64,000 nt of DNA from Candidatus Latescibacterota bacterium. GTDB lineage: Bacteria > Latescibacterota > CBDEFO01. The position numbers and the translations under genes are program-made. The notes below the pieces were generated by a model. The model saw only the letters and a list, made by a program, of their open reading frames with translations. It had not been told where the DNA came from and did no database searches. This document shows positions 21,665 to 31,433 of this stretch, piece by piece. The stretch is taken from assembly GCA_965248755.1 (NCBI GenBank), contig OZ252149.1, forward strand, positions 672,001 through 736,000, read 5' to 3'. Position 1 is the stretch's first letter. Each line of letters begins with the position of its first letter.

Positions 21665-21696
21665 ATCAGCTTTCAAATCTCGATCAGGAGTAACCA

Positions 21697-22557
21697 GTGA
21701 ATAGAGCAGCCAGAGATCATCAGTACGAGGCGATGTCACCTTTGGGGCTTTATCTTGAAGATATTTCAGATACGCAGCCCTTGTCCGCTCAGAAGGAGAC
21801 AGACCTGGCCAAGAGGATAAAGGTAGGCGACCAGGATGCCCTTGAGGAGTTGGTCAAAGCCAATTTGAGGTTTGTCGTCAGGATAGCCAAGAAATATCAA
21901 AACCAGGGTCTCCCCCTTGAGGACCTGATCAGCGAAGGGAATTTAGGACTCATCGAGGCGGCAAAGAGGTTCGATGAAACGAAGGGCTTTAAATTTATAT
22001 CCTATGCTGTCTGGTGGATAAGACAGGGGATGTTATCCGCTTTAGCGCAGCAGTCCAGGATGATCAGGCTGCCTATAAATAGAGTCAGCAATCTCCATAA
22101 GATAAGCAAGACGGCCAACATCCTCAGACAATACCTTGGAAGAGACCCCACTATACTTGAAATAGCCGACGAACTCGGAGTGGACACAGAGTACATCACA
22201 AATACACTTCAAATATCCAGGCATCATCTCTCGTTAGACGACTCTCCATCCAGTGACGATGAGGACAACAACCTGCTTTCTGTGCTAAAGGATGAACTTG
22301 CGTCCTCCCCGGATCAGAACCTCATGGACGAATCGTTTGTGAGAGCCTTGGGCAGAGCCTTGGACGCCTTAAAGGACAGAGAGGCTGAGGTGTTGAGGCT
22401 CTACTTCGGAATAGGTAAGGAAAGACCTATGACGCTTGAGGAGATAGGGCAGGTGTTCGGGCTTACCAGAGAGAGGGTCAGACAGATAAAAGAAAAGGCG
22501 ATCTCGAAGCTCAGACATCCCTCCAGAAGCCGTCCGATGAAGACTTATCTGGATTGA
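21697..22557 (+). CDS. RpoD/SigA-family sigma70 factor lacking region 1.1
   Basis: LVKANLRFVV, DLISEGNLGL, GFKFISYAVWWIRQ, TLEEIG..FGLTRERVRQI; 286 aa. Confidence 0.92.
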   Translation: MNRAARDHQYEAMSPLGLYLEDISDTQPLSAQKETDLAKRIKVGDQDALEELVKANLRFVVRIAKKYQNQGLPLEDLISEGNLGLIEAAKRFDETKGFKFISYAVWWIRQGMLSALAQQSRMIRLPINRVSNLHKISKTANILRQYLGRDPTILEIADELGVDTEYITNTLQISRHHLSLDDSPSSDDEDNNLLSVLKDELASSPDQNLMDESFVRALGRALDALKDREAEVLRLYFGIGKERPMTLEEIGQVFGLTRERVRQIKEKAISKLRHPSRSRPMKTYLD

Positions 22558-22593
22558 CATCCTCGGCAATCATTTGAAATTTTCAAATCCCTG

Positions 22594-23130
22594 GTGAACT
22601 CGAGGAGACCCTTGGGAGACATTATATTGCAGAACTTCAGCTGGTTAGTAGAAGGTGTGATAGCTGGCATGGCCTTTCCAGGGAGAAGGGACGCCTCTTC
22701 CTCCTATGATCATCACAAAAGCAACTATGAAAAGCTCAGAGACGATCTGGCGTTTCTGGAGAATAAGGGTATCTCTGCCGTCGTATCTTTGACCGAGGAG
22801 CCGCTTAATCGGGAAAGCCTCCGAAAATTTGGCATGGATTACTTACAGTTGGCCGTCTCTGATATGTCGGCTCCTACGTTCGAAGACGTGGAGAAGTTTG
22901 TAGATTTCGTGGAGGAGAAGGAAAAAGAGGCAAAAGCTGTAGCAGTTCACTGCACAGCCGGCATAGGCAGAACAGGAACTATGTTGGCGTGCTATCTGGT
23001 AAAGAAGGGGAAAAGTTCGATACAAGCTATACAGGAGATCAGACACAAAAGACCAGGGTCAGTCGAGACAGAGGCCCAGGAGCAGTTGGTTATAAACTAC
23101 GGGAGCAGTCTGAAGGATTTAGACGTATAA
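22594..23130 (+). CDS. Dual-specificity/tyrosine protein phosphatase
   Basis: CX5R loop VHCTAGIGRTG and RPGSVET..QE. Confidence 0.9.
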   Translation: MNSRRPLGDIILQNFSWLVEGVIAGMAFPGRRDASSSYDHHKSNYEKLRDDLAFLENKGISAVVSLTEEPLNRESLRKFGMDYLQLAVSDMSAPTFEDVEKFVDFVEEKEKEAKAVAVHCTAGIGRTGTMLACYLVKKGKSSIQAIQEIRHKRPGSVETEAQEQLVINYGSSLKDLDV

Positions 23131-23328
23131 AAAAAAGATAAACTATGACACCACAAGTAAAAGGTCACAAAAAGCCCTGAATCCAATATCTGTATTGAGA
23201 ACCACTATCCCGCTGGAAGTATAGGCTTCAGAAGTACAGCTTCACTGCTCGTCAGGGGCGACAAGGCTCTGTGAAATGTAGACATCTCCACATTTTCAGC
23301 TCGTGCAATGACCGAAAGAAAATAATTA

Positions 23329-23426
23329 CATTGCAAAACCGGTAGCCGCTCTGCTGGGATGGCAGCAAGCCCACCGAACGCCGATAGACTCAATCGGGAG
23401 CAAGCCACGAAGTGCGCGAAGCATTC
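23329..23426. repeat. REP-like element with inserted hairpin
   Basis: ggcag-caag-[c...ccgatagactcaatcgggag]-caag-ccacgaagtgcgcgaagca; the empty version is at 57137. Confidence 0.75.
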
Positions 23427-23463
23427 TTTCGGTATACTGTCTCCTGTTTGCTGTTTAGAAGAA

Positions 23464-24315
23464 TTAGTCTTCCTCTCTTTTTTCCATCCGGGTCAGTATG
23501 CGCTCTTTTATGGTGTGAAACCTGGGGGAGTCCACCACCAAGCCCTCTTTAGGCGGCAGTCTATTTATCTGACTCTTGATGTTTTCTATCCGATCTTCTG
23601 TGGGAGGGTGAGTCGAGAATAGCTTCTCAACTCCGCCCGATTCCCTGTCGTTCAGAACGAGTAATTTCTCAAAGAAGGTGGTTATTCCCAGCGGGTCTAT
23701 GTTCGAGGCATACATCTCGTGAACCGCTAAGATATCTGCCTCTTTTTCAGCGTCCCTTCCGTATTTCAACAGACTTAAAGTCCCTCCTACACCGATCATA
23801 CTGGATGCCAATTGCCTCGTAAGGTCGGGATCGCCGCCTGCTGCCACCTGGACTATGACTGCTAATCCCAACTTCTTGGTAAGCTGCTTGGCCCCGTGTC
23901 TTTCCACAACGTGAGCTATCTCATGACCCATGACTCCCGCGAGCTCCGACTCGCTCTCAGCCGTCGTTATCAAACCCCGATTTACGTACAGATACCCCCC
24001 TGGAAGGGCGAAGGCGTTCACCTCATCTGTATCCACAACCTTGATATAGTAGGGGATATTAGCTCTTTTAGAGTTCTTTGCCATAAGTTGCCCCAGACTA
24101 TCTATGTAAGCCGTTACCACAGGATCGGGATATATCGTGATTTCCTTTTCTAGCTGCTTTGAGAACTGCGCGCCTAATTCGATTTCCTGCCTCGTGGATA
24201 TGAGATTCAACTTCCCAACAGCGGCACACGATAGTACAAAGCCTAAAAAGAACAATATCACCAGATAGTGAGCTTTAAATTCAGACTTTCGGCTAACTCG
24301 ACAATAGTTTCGCAT
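23464..24315 (-). CDS. M48 family zinc metalloprotease (probable lipoprotein)
   Basis: VNAFALPGG, ELAGVMGHEIAH (HExxH), EKEAD, FSTHP. Confidence 0.93.
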   Translation of the reverse strand: MRNYCRVSRKSEFKAHYLVILFFLGFVLSCAAVGKLNLISTRQEIELGAQFSKQLEKEITIYPDPVVTAYIDSLGQLMAKNSKRANIPYYIKVVDTDEVNAFALPGGYLYVNRGLITTAESESELAGVMGHEIAHVVERHGAKQLTKKLGLAVIVQVAAGGDPDLTRQLASSMIGVGGTLSLLKYGRDAEKEADILAVHEMYASNIDPLGITTFFEKLLVLNDRESGGVEKLFSTHPPTEDRIENIKSQINRLPPKEGLVVDSPRFHTIKERILTRMEKREED

Positions 24316-24637
24316 GTCGCATCCTCCACAAATATGCCCCCTCTGGATATTTTCTGTTTTTCACTTGAAGGTAACTCCCCTGGAATCAGAATCTCGTCGA
24401 ATTCCGGCGCTAAAGCGGACTACTTGGCCTAACCTGTTACGTTCTCTATTTCCGCTGTCAAATAGCCTTTACAAACCAAATTTGGAACAGTCTGTACTTA
24501 CAAAAAGATATGAAAAATCCATCCAGATGTAAAGCGAATTTTATTTCTGCTATTTGACGCAGAAATCACTGTCTATTTTTGAACGTCGGAGTTACATTTA
24601 CATTATCCAGGCACCTTACAACAAAGTGTAGATTAGC

Positions 24638-24925
24638 GTGAAATCTTATGAGGTATTAAGCGAGCTTGAAGCTGTAGCCGAAAAGCTGTCTGTCGATGTC
24701 AGATACGAGGAACTCGAAGAGGGAAGGGGCGGGCTGTGCAAATACGGCGGCAAGAGGCGTCTCATCATCCACAAGCGTCTGTCCGCGGAGCAGAAAAGCC
24801 AGATTTTTCTGAGAGAACTATCCAAGCTTCCTCTGGACGACGTGTACATAGTGCCCAGGATCAGAGAATTGATAGACCAGAAGATCAAGGAAGGGGAAAC
24901 ATCCATTGTAGATGGGGATAGCTAA
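24638..24925 (+). CDS. Small hypothetical protein
   Basis: 95-aa ORF with host-like codon use (GGLCKYGGKRRLIIHKRL..LDDVYIVPRIRELI). Confidence 0.65.
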   Translation: MKSYEVLSELEAVAEKLSVDVRYEELEEGRGGLCKYGGKRRLIIHKRLSAEQKSQIFLRELSKLPLDDVYIVPRIRELIDQKIKEGETSIVDGDS

Positions 24926-24946
24926 TAGCAGGCATCATCTTCTTTG

Positions 24947-24975
24947 TTGACTTGAGAAGATGGCATTATTATCTT
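24947..24975 (+). promoter_or_regulatory. Candidate sigma70 promoter for lpxK-nadB-guaA
   Basis: TTGACT, 17-nt spacer, TATCTT. Confidence 0.45.
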
Positions 24976-25043
24976 CAGCGTCCTGATCGTAATTGGGACT
25001 TGTCTCGAAATGCTGATCTTGTTATTTTTATTACTGAAGAGTA

Positions 25044-26123
25044 TTGGCGATAGATTTTCAAAAGATACAGGAAAGCAAGAATGCCGCTGTTAGGGCCGGT
25101 CTGTGGATTCTATCCCTCCTCTACGGCATAGGAGTGAGACTCCGAACATACGCGTATAGTGCTGGCATACTAAGGAGCTCTTCCCTGTCTGATCCTCCAC
25201 TGCGGTCTGTAAAAGTAATCTGCGTGGGCAACATTGCAGCAGGAGGCACAGGCAAGACCCCGACAGTAGAATATATCGTTCGTCGCTTACGGGAGGCAGG
25301 CAAGAGAGTAACGATAATCAGCAGAGGATACAAAAGGCAGGGCAGTGATATATCAGTAGTCTCAGACGGACGTGCTGTAAAGCTGAACGCAGAAGAGGCG
25401 GGCGATGAGCCATATCTCCTTGCACAAAAGCTTCGGGACATTCCCGTCGTAGTCGGGGCTGATAGATACAAGGCAGGCGTCTTCGCAGTGGAAAACTTCT
25501 CCCCTGACTTCATAGTCCTGGACGACGGATTTCAACACTTGAGTCTGAAGAGAGACGTAAATATCGCCGTAGTAGACTCTCTTTATCCGTTGAGCAAGGA
25601 TCATCTCTTGCCCAGAGGGACCTTGAGAGAACCGCTATCCGCCCTAAATCGGGCAGACGTAGTATTCCTGACGCATACTGATTATGCAGACGACAAAGAG
25701 AAGATCAAAAGGGAGATTATGTCTATAAATCCTGCGATACCCGCAGTAGAGACGATACATCGTCCGATCTGTTTACGGTCGCTGGCTGACAATTCGAAGA
25801 TCGGGATAGATCAGCTCAAAGAGAGGAAGGTATTAGCTCTATCCGGAATAGGAAATCCGAAGTCATTCCAGATGACTCTTGAGGGCTTGGGCGCCCGGCT
25901 AACAGGTTTCCTAAACTATCCAGATCATCACTACTATACAGAAAGGGATCTTGAAGAGGTATCGCTTAAAGCGTCCGAATTAGATTCTGAATTTGTAATC
26001 ACAACCCGAAAGGACGCTGTCAAATTCCCCGAATTTAGGTCAAAGATTCCGATATACGCCCTTGAAATAGAGATACAGATCACAGTGGGAGCGGATAAGC
26101 TGGACTCGCTCCTAAAAATTTAG
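25044..26123 (+). CDS. lpxK: Tetraacyldisaccharide 4'-kinase
   Basis: VGNIAAGGTGKTP, SRGY, GDEP, LDDGFQH, LLPRGTLREP, PDHH. Confidence 0.95.
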   Translation: MAIDFQKIQESKNAAVRAGLWILSLLYGIGVRLRTYAYSAGILRSSSLSDPPLRSVKVICVGNIAAGGTGKTPTVEYIVRRLREAGKRVTIISRGYKRQGSDISVVSDGRAVKLNAEEAGDEPYLLAQKLRDIPVVVGADRYKAGVFAVENFSPDFIVLDDGFQHLSLKRDVNIAVVDSLYPLSKDHLLPRGTLREPLSALNRADVVFLTHTDYADDKEKIKREIMSINPAIPAVETIHRPICLRSLADNSKIGIDQLKERKVLALSGIGNPKSFQMTLEGLGARLTGFLNYPDHHYYTERDLEEVSLKASELDSEFVITTRKDAVKFPEFRSKIPIYALEIEIQITVGADKLDSLLKI

Positions 26124-26132
26124 AGATAGATC

Positions 26133-27764
26133 ATGCAATCGGTCACAGATTACCTCGTAATCGGTAGTGGGCTAGCTGGATTTTCGTTCGCGCTCAAAGC
26201 GGCACAACACGGGAATGTCGCCATAATCACCAAGAAAGAGCACAAGGAGTCCAACACTAATTACGCTCAAGGCGGGATAGCAGCCGTGTTCTCGGACGAT
26301 GACAGCTTTGATCTCCACATAGAGGATACTCTAAGAGCCGGCGACGGACTCTGCTGCAGGGAGAGTGTCGAACTCATAGTCAGAGAAGGTCCCCAGATGG
26401 TGCGGGATCTCGTGAAGTGGGGAGCGGAGTTCACAAGGCGGGAAAATAGCGAAGAATTTGAGCTGGGCAGAGAGGGCGGACACTCTAAAAACAGGATCGT
26501 GCACGCCCGAGACCTCACAGGTGCGGAGATTGAGCGGGCTTTGTCAGTCGAGGTGCAGAACAATCCTAAGATTGAGGTCTATGAAAATCACGTGGCTATA
26601 GACCTGATCACAGAGCACCATCTCTTCGGTGTGAAGGAAGTTCAGAAGAATCGCATCACGTGTTGGGGCGCCTACGCCCTCGATACAGATAAGGGGGAGG
26701 TCAAAAAGTTCCTTTCTAAGATAACGCTCCTTGCCACAGGAGGCGCCGGCCATGTCTATCTGCATACCACCAATCCCTCAATAGCCACAGGCGATGGGAT
26801 AGCCATGAGCTACCGAGCGGGCGCCACAGCCGGGAACCTCGAATTTATGCAGTTCCATCCTACAAGCCTCTATCACCCGGAGGATGCTTCGTCCAGATCC
26901 CAATCCTTCTTAATATCAGAGGCAGTCAGAGGCTACGGAGGTATCCTTATAAATGACAAAGGCGAGGGCTTTATGGATAAGTATCATCCCCAAAAATCGT
27001 TAGCTCCAAGAGATACAGTGGCAAGGGCTATCGATGCGGAGATTAAAAAGAGTGGAACTCCTTGTGTATACCTCGACGTGACCCATAAAGACCCGGAGAT
27101 AACAAAGGAGAAATTTCCAAATATCTACGCAAAGTGTTTAGAGGTCGGAGTCGACATGGCTAAAGACCCCATCCCCGTGGTTCCTGCAGCCCATTATATG
27201 TGCGGCGGAGTGAAAACTGATGAGTGGGGAAAAACGGATATTTTCAACCTCTACGCCGCAGGTGAGGTCGCCTTCACAGGGGTCCACGGTGCCAATCGCC
27301 TGGCGAGCAACTCCCTTTTAGAGGCACTGGTCTTTTCGGACAGAGCCTGCCGACATTCCGCAGAGTTCCTCAAGGACAACTATTACACCTTGCCTGACAT
27401 CCCCGAATGGGACGAGGAGAACACCTTCAACGCCGAAGAATGGGTCATCCTCTCTCATGACCGGGAGGAGATAGAGCGGCTTATGTGGGACTACGTGGGC
27501 ATAGTTCGCTCCGACTTTAGGCTCCAGAGAGCCCAAAGGAGAGTCAGGATCATCAAAGAGGAGCTAGAGGAATTCTACAGGAGGACTAAGGTGACGCCCG
27601 AACTGATAGAACTCAGAAATGTCGCTTGTGTGGCCGAACTTATAATCCGTTGTGCCCTTTGGAGGAAAGAAAGCCGTGGACTGCACTACAACACCGACTA
27701 TCCGAGAAGGGACGATTCTGGCTGGCTTAAGAATACAATTTTGATTAATTCAGATATAAGGTAA
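26133..27764 (+). CDS. nadB: L-aspartate oxidase
   Basis: AQGGIAAV, REGGHS, QFHPT, PAAHYMCGG, HGANRLASNSLLE, ESRGLH. Confidence 0.96.
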   Translation: MQSVTDYLVIGSGLAGFSFALKAAQHGNVAIITKKEHKESNTNYAQGGIAAVFSDDDSFDLHIEDTLRAGDGLCCRESVELIVREGPQMVRDLVKWGAEFTRRENSEEFELGREGGHSKNRIVHARDLTGAEIERALSVEVQNNPKIEVYENHVAIDLITEHHLFGVKEVQKNRITCWGAYALDTDKGEVKKFLSKITLLATGGAGHVYLHTTNPSIATGDGIAMSYRAGATAGNLEFMQFHPTSLYHPEDASSRSQSFLISEAVRGYGGILINDKGEGFMDKYHPQKSLAPRDTVARAIDAEIKKSGTPCVYLDVTHKDPEITKEKFPNIYAKCLEVGVDMAKDPIPVVPAAHYMCGGVKTDEWGKTDIFNLYAAGEVAFTGVHGANRLASNSLLEALVFSDRACRHSAEFLKDNYYTLPDIPEWDEENTFNAEEWVILSHDREEIERLMWDYVGIVRSDFRLQRAQRRVRIIKEELEEFYRRTKVTPELIELRNVACVAELIIRCALWRKESRGLHYNTDYPRRDDSGWLKNTILINSDIR

Positions 27765-29581
27765 TGAAAAGAGAAAAGATAATAGTCCTGGACTTCGGGG
27801 GTCAATACGCACACCTTATTGCCAACAGGATAAGGAAACTCAACGTCCACTCCCAGATAAAGTCTCCCGCATCTGCTACCAGAGAGATAGAAGATGCAAA
27901 AGGAATAATCCTTTCAGGGGGTCCAGCAAGCGTCTACGACCCCGACCAGCCCCGATACAATCCCGAAATCTTCAGCCTCGGAAAGCCCATCCTTGGAATT
28001 TGCTACGGTCATCAACTACTGTCGCAACATCTGGGAGGTAAAGTAGAGACCAAAGACAAGAAGGAATATGGCCCAGCCGAGCTTCTGATAACGTCCTGCT
28101 CAACAATCTTTAGGGGGCTTGAAGGCAAGGAAAGGGTCTGGATGAGCCACGGAGACTCTGTTGTGGCACTCCCCCCGGGCTTCAGAACAATCGCTTGCAC
28201 AGCCGACTGTCCACAAGCGGCGATAGAAGACCCTATAAGAAAGATATACGCTATACAGTTTCATCCCGAGGTTACACACACGCCCGGGGGGATGAAGATC
28301 CTGGATAACTTTCTTACACTCTGCGGATGCCGGAGGGACTGGACGCTGTCCAACTATATAGACAGCGCGATCCAGGAGATAAAAGATATGGTGGGGACAA
28401 GGAATGTCTTCCTCTTTGTAAGCGGGGGGGTAGATTCTACCGTAGCGTTCGCGCTTTTAAACAAGGCCCTCGGATCAGACCGCGTGTTGGGGCTCCACAT
28501 AGACAACGGATTTATGAGAAGGGGTGAGACCCGGCTTGTGGAGAAGGCGTTGAAAGAGCAGAAAATGGGCAATTTCAAGGTTATAGACGCCTCAAAGGAG
28601 TTCGTTGATGCTCTTGGGAGAGTTGTGGATCCCGAGGAGAAAAGGAAGATCATAGGAGACAAATTCGTTGAGATAAGAGAAAAGGCTATACGAAAACTTA
28701 ATCTCGATGCCGAAAAATGGATTCTCGGACAGGGCACTTTATATACGGATACTATTGAAGCAGGAGGTACAGCGGACTCTTCAGTCATAAAGACCCATCA
28801 CAATCGCACGGATGCCATACAAAGCCTCATCGTACAGGGACGGGTCATAGAACCCCTGTCGAACCTATACAAAGACGAAGTAAGACAGGTTGGGATAGGC
28901 CTGAACCTCCCTCAAAGCCTCATCTGGAGACATCCTTTTCCCGGACCAGGCCTGGCTGTGCGGACGTTATGCTGGAATGGACGGGAAGAAGATAGAGGAA
29001 ATATCAAAGAGATAGACCAAAGGGTAGAAGTTATAGCAAAAGGATTTAACCTTACGGCCTGTGTGCTTCCCCTCAAGACTGTGGGGGTGCAGGGCGATTT
29101 TAGGACCTACGCGCATCCTGTGGCGCTGGCTCCAAGCAAAGGCCGTGATCCGGACTGGGAAACCCTTGAGAAAATCTCGACGACGATCACAAATAGCATA
29201 AAAGAAATCAATCGCTGTGTATATCTCCTCAAGCCTGATAGACTACATAGAGGACGCCTCAAAGAAACTTACCTTTCCCAGGATCGCCTCGACCTTTTGA
29301 GGGATGCCGACTATATAGCCACAAGAGCGATCGAAAAAGCTGGTCTGGTAAGACAAATATCCCAGATGCCTGTAGTTCTGATACCTCTCAGCTCGGATGG
29401 GGAAAAGGAAAGTGTAGTCGTGCGGCCCGTTCACACAGACGATTTCATGACTGCAGCCTTCAGCAAGATGCCGATGGACATAGCCATCAGGGTAGCTCAA
29501 GACATACTATCTATAGAACAGATAGAGGCTGTCTACTACGACATAACACACAAGCCGCCCGGAACTATCGAATGGGAGTAG
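27764..29581 (+). CDS. guaA: GMP synthase (long form)
   Basis: LDFGGQY, GICYGHQ, QFHPEV, SGGVDS, IKTHHN, HPFPGPGL, KPPGTIEWE. Confidence 0.96.
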   Translation: MKREKIIVLDFGGQYAHLIANRIRKLNVHSQIKSPASATREIEDAKGIILSGGPASVYDPDQPRYNPEIFSLGKPILGICYGHQLLSQHLGGKVETKDKKEYGPAELLITSCSTIFRGLEGKERVWMSHGDSVVALPPGFRTIACTADCPQAAIEDPIRKIYAIQFHPEVTHTPGGMKILDNFLTLCGCRRDWTLSNYIDSAIQEIKDMVGTRNVFLFVSGGVDSTVAFALLNKALGSDRVLGLHIDNGFMRRGETRLVEKALKEQKMGNFKVIDASKEFVDALGRVVDPEEKRKIIGDKFVEIREKAIRKLNLDAEKWILGQGTLYTDTIEAGGTADSSVIKTHHNRTDAIQSLIVQGRVIEPLSNLYKDEVRQVGIGLNLPQSLIWRHPFPGPGLAVRTLCWNGREEDRGNIKEIDQRVEVIAKGFNLTACVLPLKTVGVQGDFRTYAHPVALAPSKGRDPDWETLEKISTTITNSIKEINRCVYLLKPDRLHRGRLKETYLSQDRLDLLRDADYIATRAIEKAGLVRQISQMPVVLIPLSSDGEKESVVVRPVHTDDFMTAAFSKMPMDIAIRVAQDILSIEQIEAVYYDITHKPPGTIEWE

Positions 29582-29602
29582 CCGCCGCCGAAGGGCAAGA
29601 GA

Positions 29603-30250
29603 TCAGGAGGAATTCCCCCGCTCCTTTGTCAGCTGAGCAATCTTATCTCTGATCTTGGCTGCTTCTTCGTATTCCTCATAGGCTACAGCTTCCTTGAGTT
29701 TGGCTCTCAAGGCTGAGATGTCATCATCCTGATCTGTGTCGGGCTGTGCAGGGGATGCCTGTTCTAAGAAGGCATCTACTGTTTCAGCCCCAAATACCTC
29801 CTCAATATCATCGGCTCCTAAAGGTTCATTATCAGGCCCGATTCCAAATTCAGCGCTCTCCTGCCCCGCTTCTTCCAAGACCTCCTCAGATACGTAGATT
29901 GGAGCCTCCATCCTCAGTGCCAATGCAATAGCGTCGCTCGGGCGTGAATCTATCTCCGTGGATGCCCCGTTGTGCTCCAAGGTTATCCGTGCGTAGTAAG
30001 TTCCACCCCTAAGATCGCTCACCAGAATCTTTGAAACATCGGCGCCAAAGCTATCCAGAATGAGCTTTAGAAGGTCGTGAGTTATGGGTCTGGCAGGAAG
30101 CTGTCCCTTGAGATGAGAGTAGATAGCGATCGCTTCAGGCTGACCTATGCTTATGGGGAGCACCCTTTCCCTGGTCTCATCGCTCAGCAAGACCAAAAAA
30201 CTTCTGCTCATCGAATTGAAGCTGATATTAAATACCTCCATTTTTACCAT
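29603..30250 (-). CDS. Bifunctional nuclease (DUF151) family protein with C-terminal UVR domain
   Basis: LPISIGQPEA, RPITHDL, IDSRPSDAIALALR and EEYEEAAKIRD; AGGAGGT RBS before the ATG at 30250. Confidence 0.9.
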   Translation of the reverse strand: MVKMEVFNISFNSMSRSFLVLLSDETRERVLPISIGQPEAIAIYSHLKGQLPARPITHDLLKLILDSFGADVSKILVSDLRGGTYYARITLEHNGASTEIDSRPSDAIALALRMEAPIYVSEEVLEEAGQESAEFGIGPDNEPLGADDIEEVFGAETVDAFLEQASPAQPDTDQDDDISALRAKLKEAVAYEEYEEAAKIRDKIAQLTKERGNSS

Positions 30251-30415
30251 TTGCCTACCTCCTGTCTCTAACCGCACAGGGCGCGAAATCACCCCTGGGC
30301 CTGTCCTCACGCAAAAAAGCAATGCTACTACAATTTAGACGCCCAAACTATCACACAGGATCCTTTCCCACTTTTTTTCTCCCCCAAAACCGATATTCTC
30401 CTTCACATGTCCTCT

Positions 30416-30883
30416 TTATCCCATCACTCCCCCAATAATATCACTAGATCCTAAAGGCTCATCATCAGGTTCGATTCCAAATTCAGCGCTGTCCTGCCCC
30501 GCTTCCTGTAGGACCTCCTCATAAACGTAGATTGTAGCCTCCATCCTCAGTGCCAATGAAATAGCGTCGCTCGGGCGTGAATCTATCTCTCTGGATGTCC
30601 CGTTATGCTCTAAGGTTATCCGTTCGAAGTAAGTTCCATCCTTGAGATCTCTCACCAAAATCTTTGATATCCCGGCGTCAACGCCATCCAGAATGAGCTT
30701 TAGAAGGTCATGAGTTATGGGTCTGGGAGGAAGCTGTCCCTTAAGCTGGGAGTAGATGGCGTTTGCCTCGGCCTGACCTATACTTATACGGAGCACAGTT
30801 TTCCTCATCTCATCGCTCAACAAAACCCAAAACGTTTCTCCCTTGGCATCGGTGTCTATATTAAATACCTGCATTTTCACCAT
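30416..30883 (-). CDS. Bifunctional nuclease (DUF151) paralog lacking the UVR domain
   Basis: Near-identical stretches to the downstream copy, including the RBS region; ends shortly after the DUF151 core. Confidence 0.8.
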   Translation of the reverse strand: MVKMQVFNIDTDAKGETFWVLLSDEMRKTVLRISIGQAEANAIYSQLKGQLPPRPITHDLLKLILDGVDAGISKILVRDLKDGTYFERITLEHNGTSREIDSRPSDAISLALRMEATIYVYEEVLQEAGQDSAEFGIEPDDEPLGSSDIIGGVMG

Positions 30884-31040
30884 ATGCCCACCTCCTGTCT
30901 CCAACACTTCCGATGCGCAGGTCCTATACTCCTTTACGCCCCCCTCTATCTCCTTCAGATCGTCTTTGATGATCTTCGCTTGAGTGTTCAATAAGGCTGT
31001 AAGCCATAGGCACAATATAGTCGTGCTCAAAAGATTATCT

Positions 31041-31433
31041 TTATGTTGCCCTTCTATCCTTCGGTTTATCCACCATAAATCCCACTAATCCCTTTTTTCC
31101 CAATGTCTTGAGATAAGCAAGAAGAGATACCTCAGATTCTTTCCTGTTGAGCTTGTACCTTTGTCCGAGTCCCTCGATTATGTCTTCTACAGTGTTCTGC
31201 CCGTCGGACATTTCCCACACCTGGGAACCTATCTCATCTAATTCAATCTTCTTCTCCTTGGGAACGTGAAAGATCAGGGACAACAGGCGCGCTTTCCATC
31301 CCTTTTGTCTGGGGATGGTGACTACAATATTATCCTGGGAGTCCCTTGCCCACCCCAGCAGGTCGTTCCTGATCGGTCTTGACGACAGCATCGCCTCTCG
31401 GCTGATGCGCCTCTTCCTTCTTATGACAGCCAA
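31041..31433 (-). CDS. PqqD/RRE-like protein
   Basis: IELDEIGSQVWEMSDGQNTVEDII...L..L.KKGLV is a typical PqqD-fold pattern. Confidence 0.75.
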   Translation of the reverse strand: MAVIRRKRRISREAMLSSRPIRNDLLGWARDSQDNIVVTIPRQKGWKARLLSLIFHVPKEKKIELDEIGSQVWEMSDGQNTVEDIIEGLGQRYKLNRKESEVSLLAYLKTLGKKGLVGFMVDKPKDRRAT

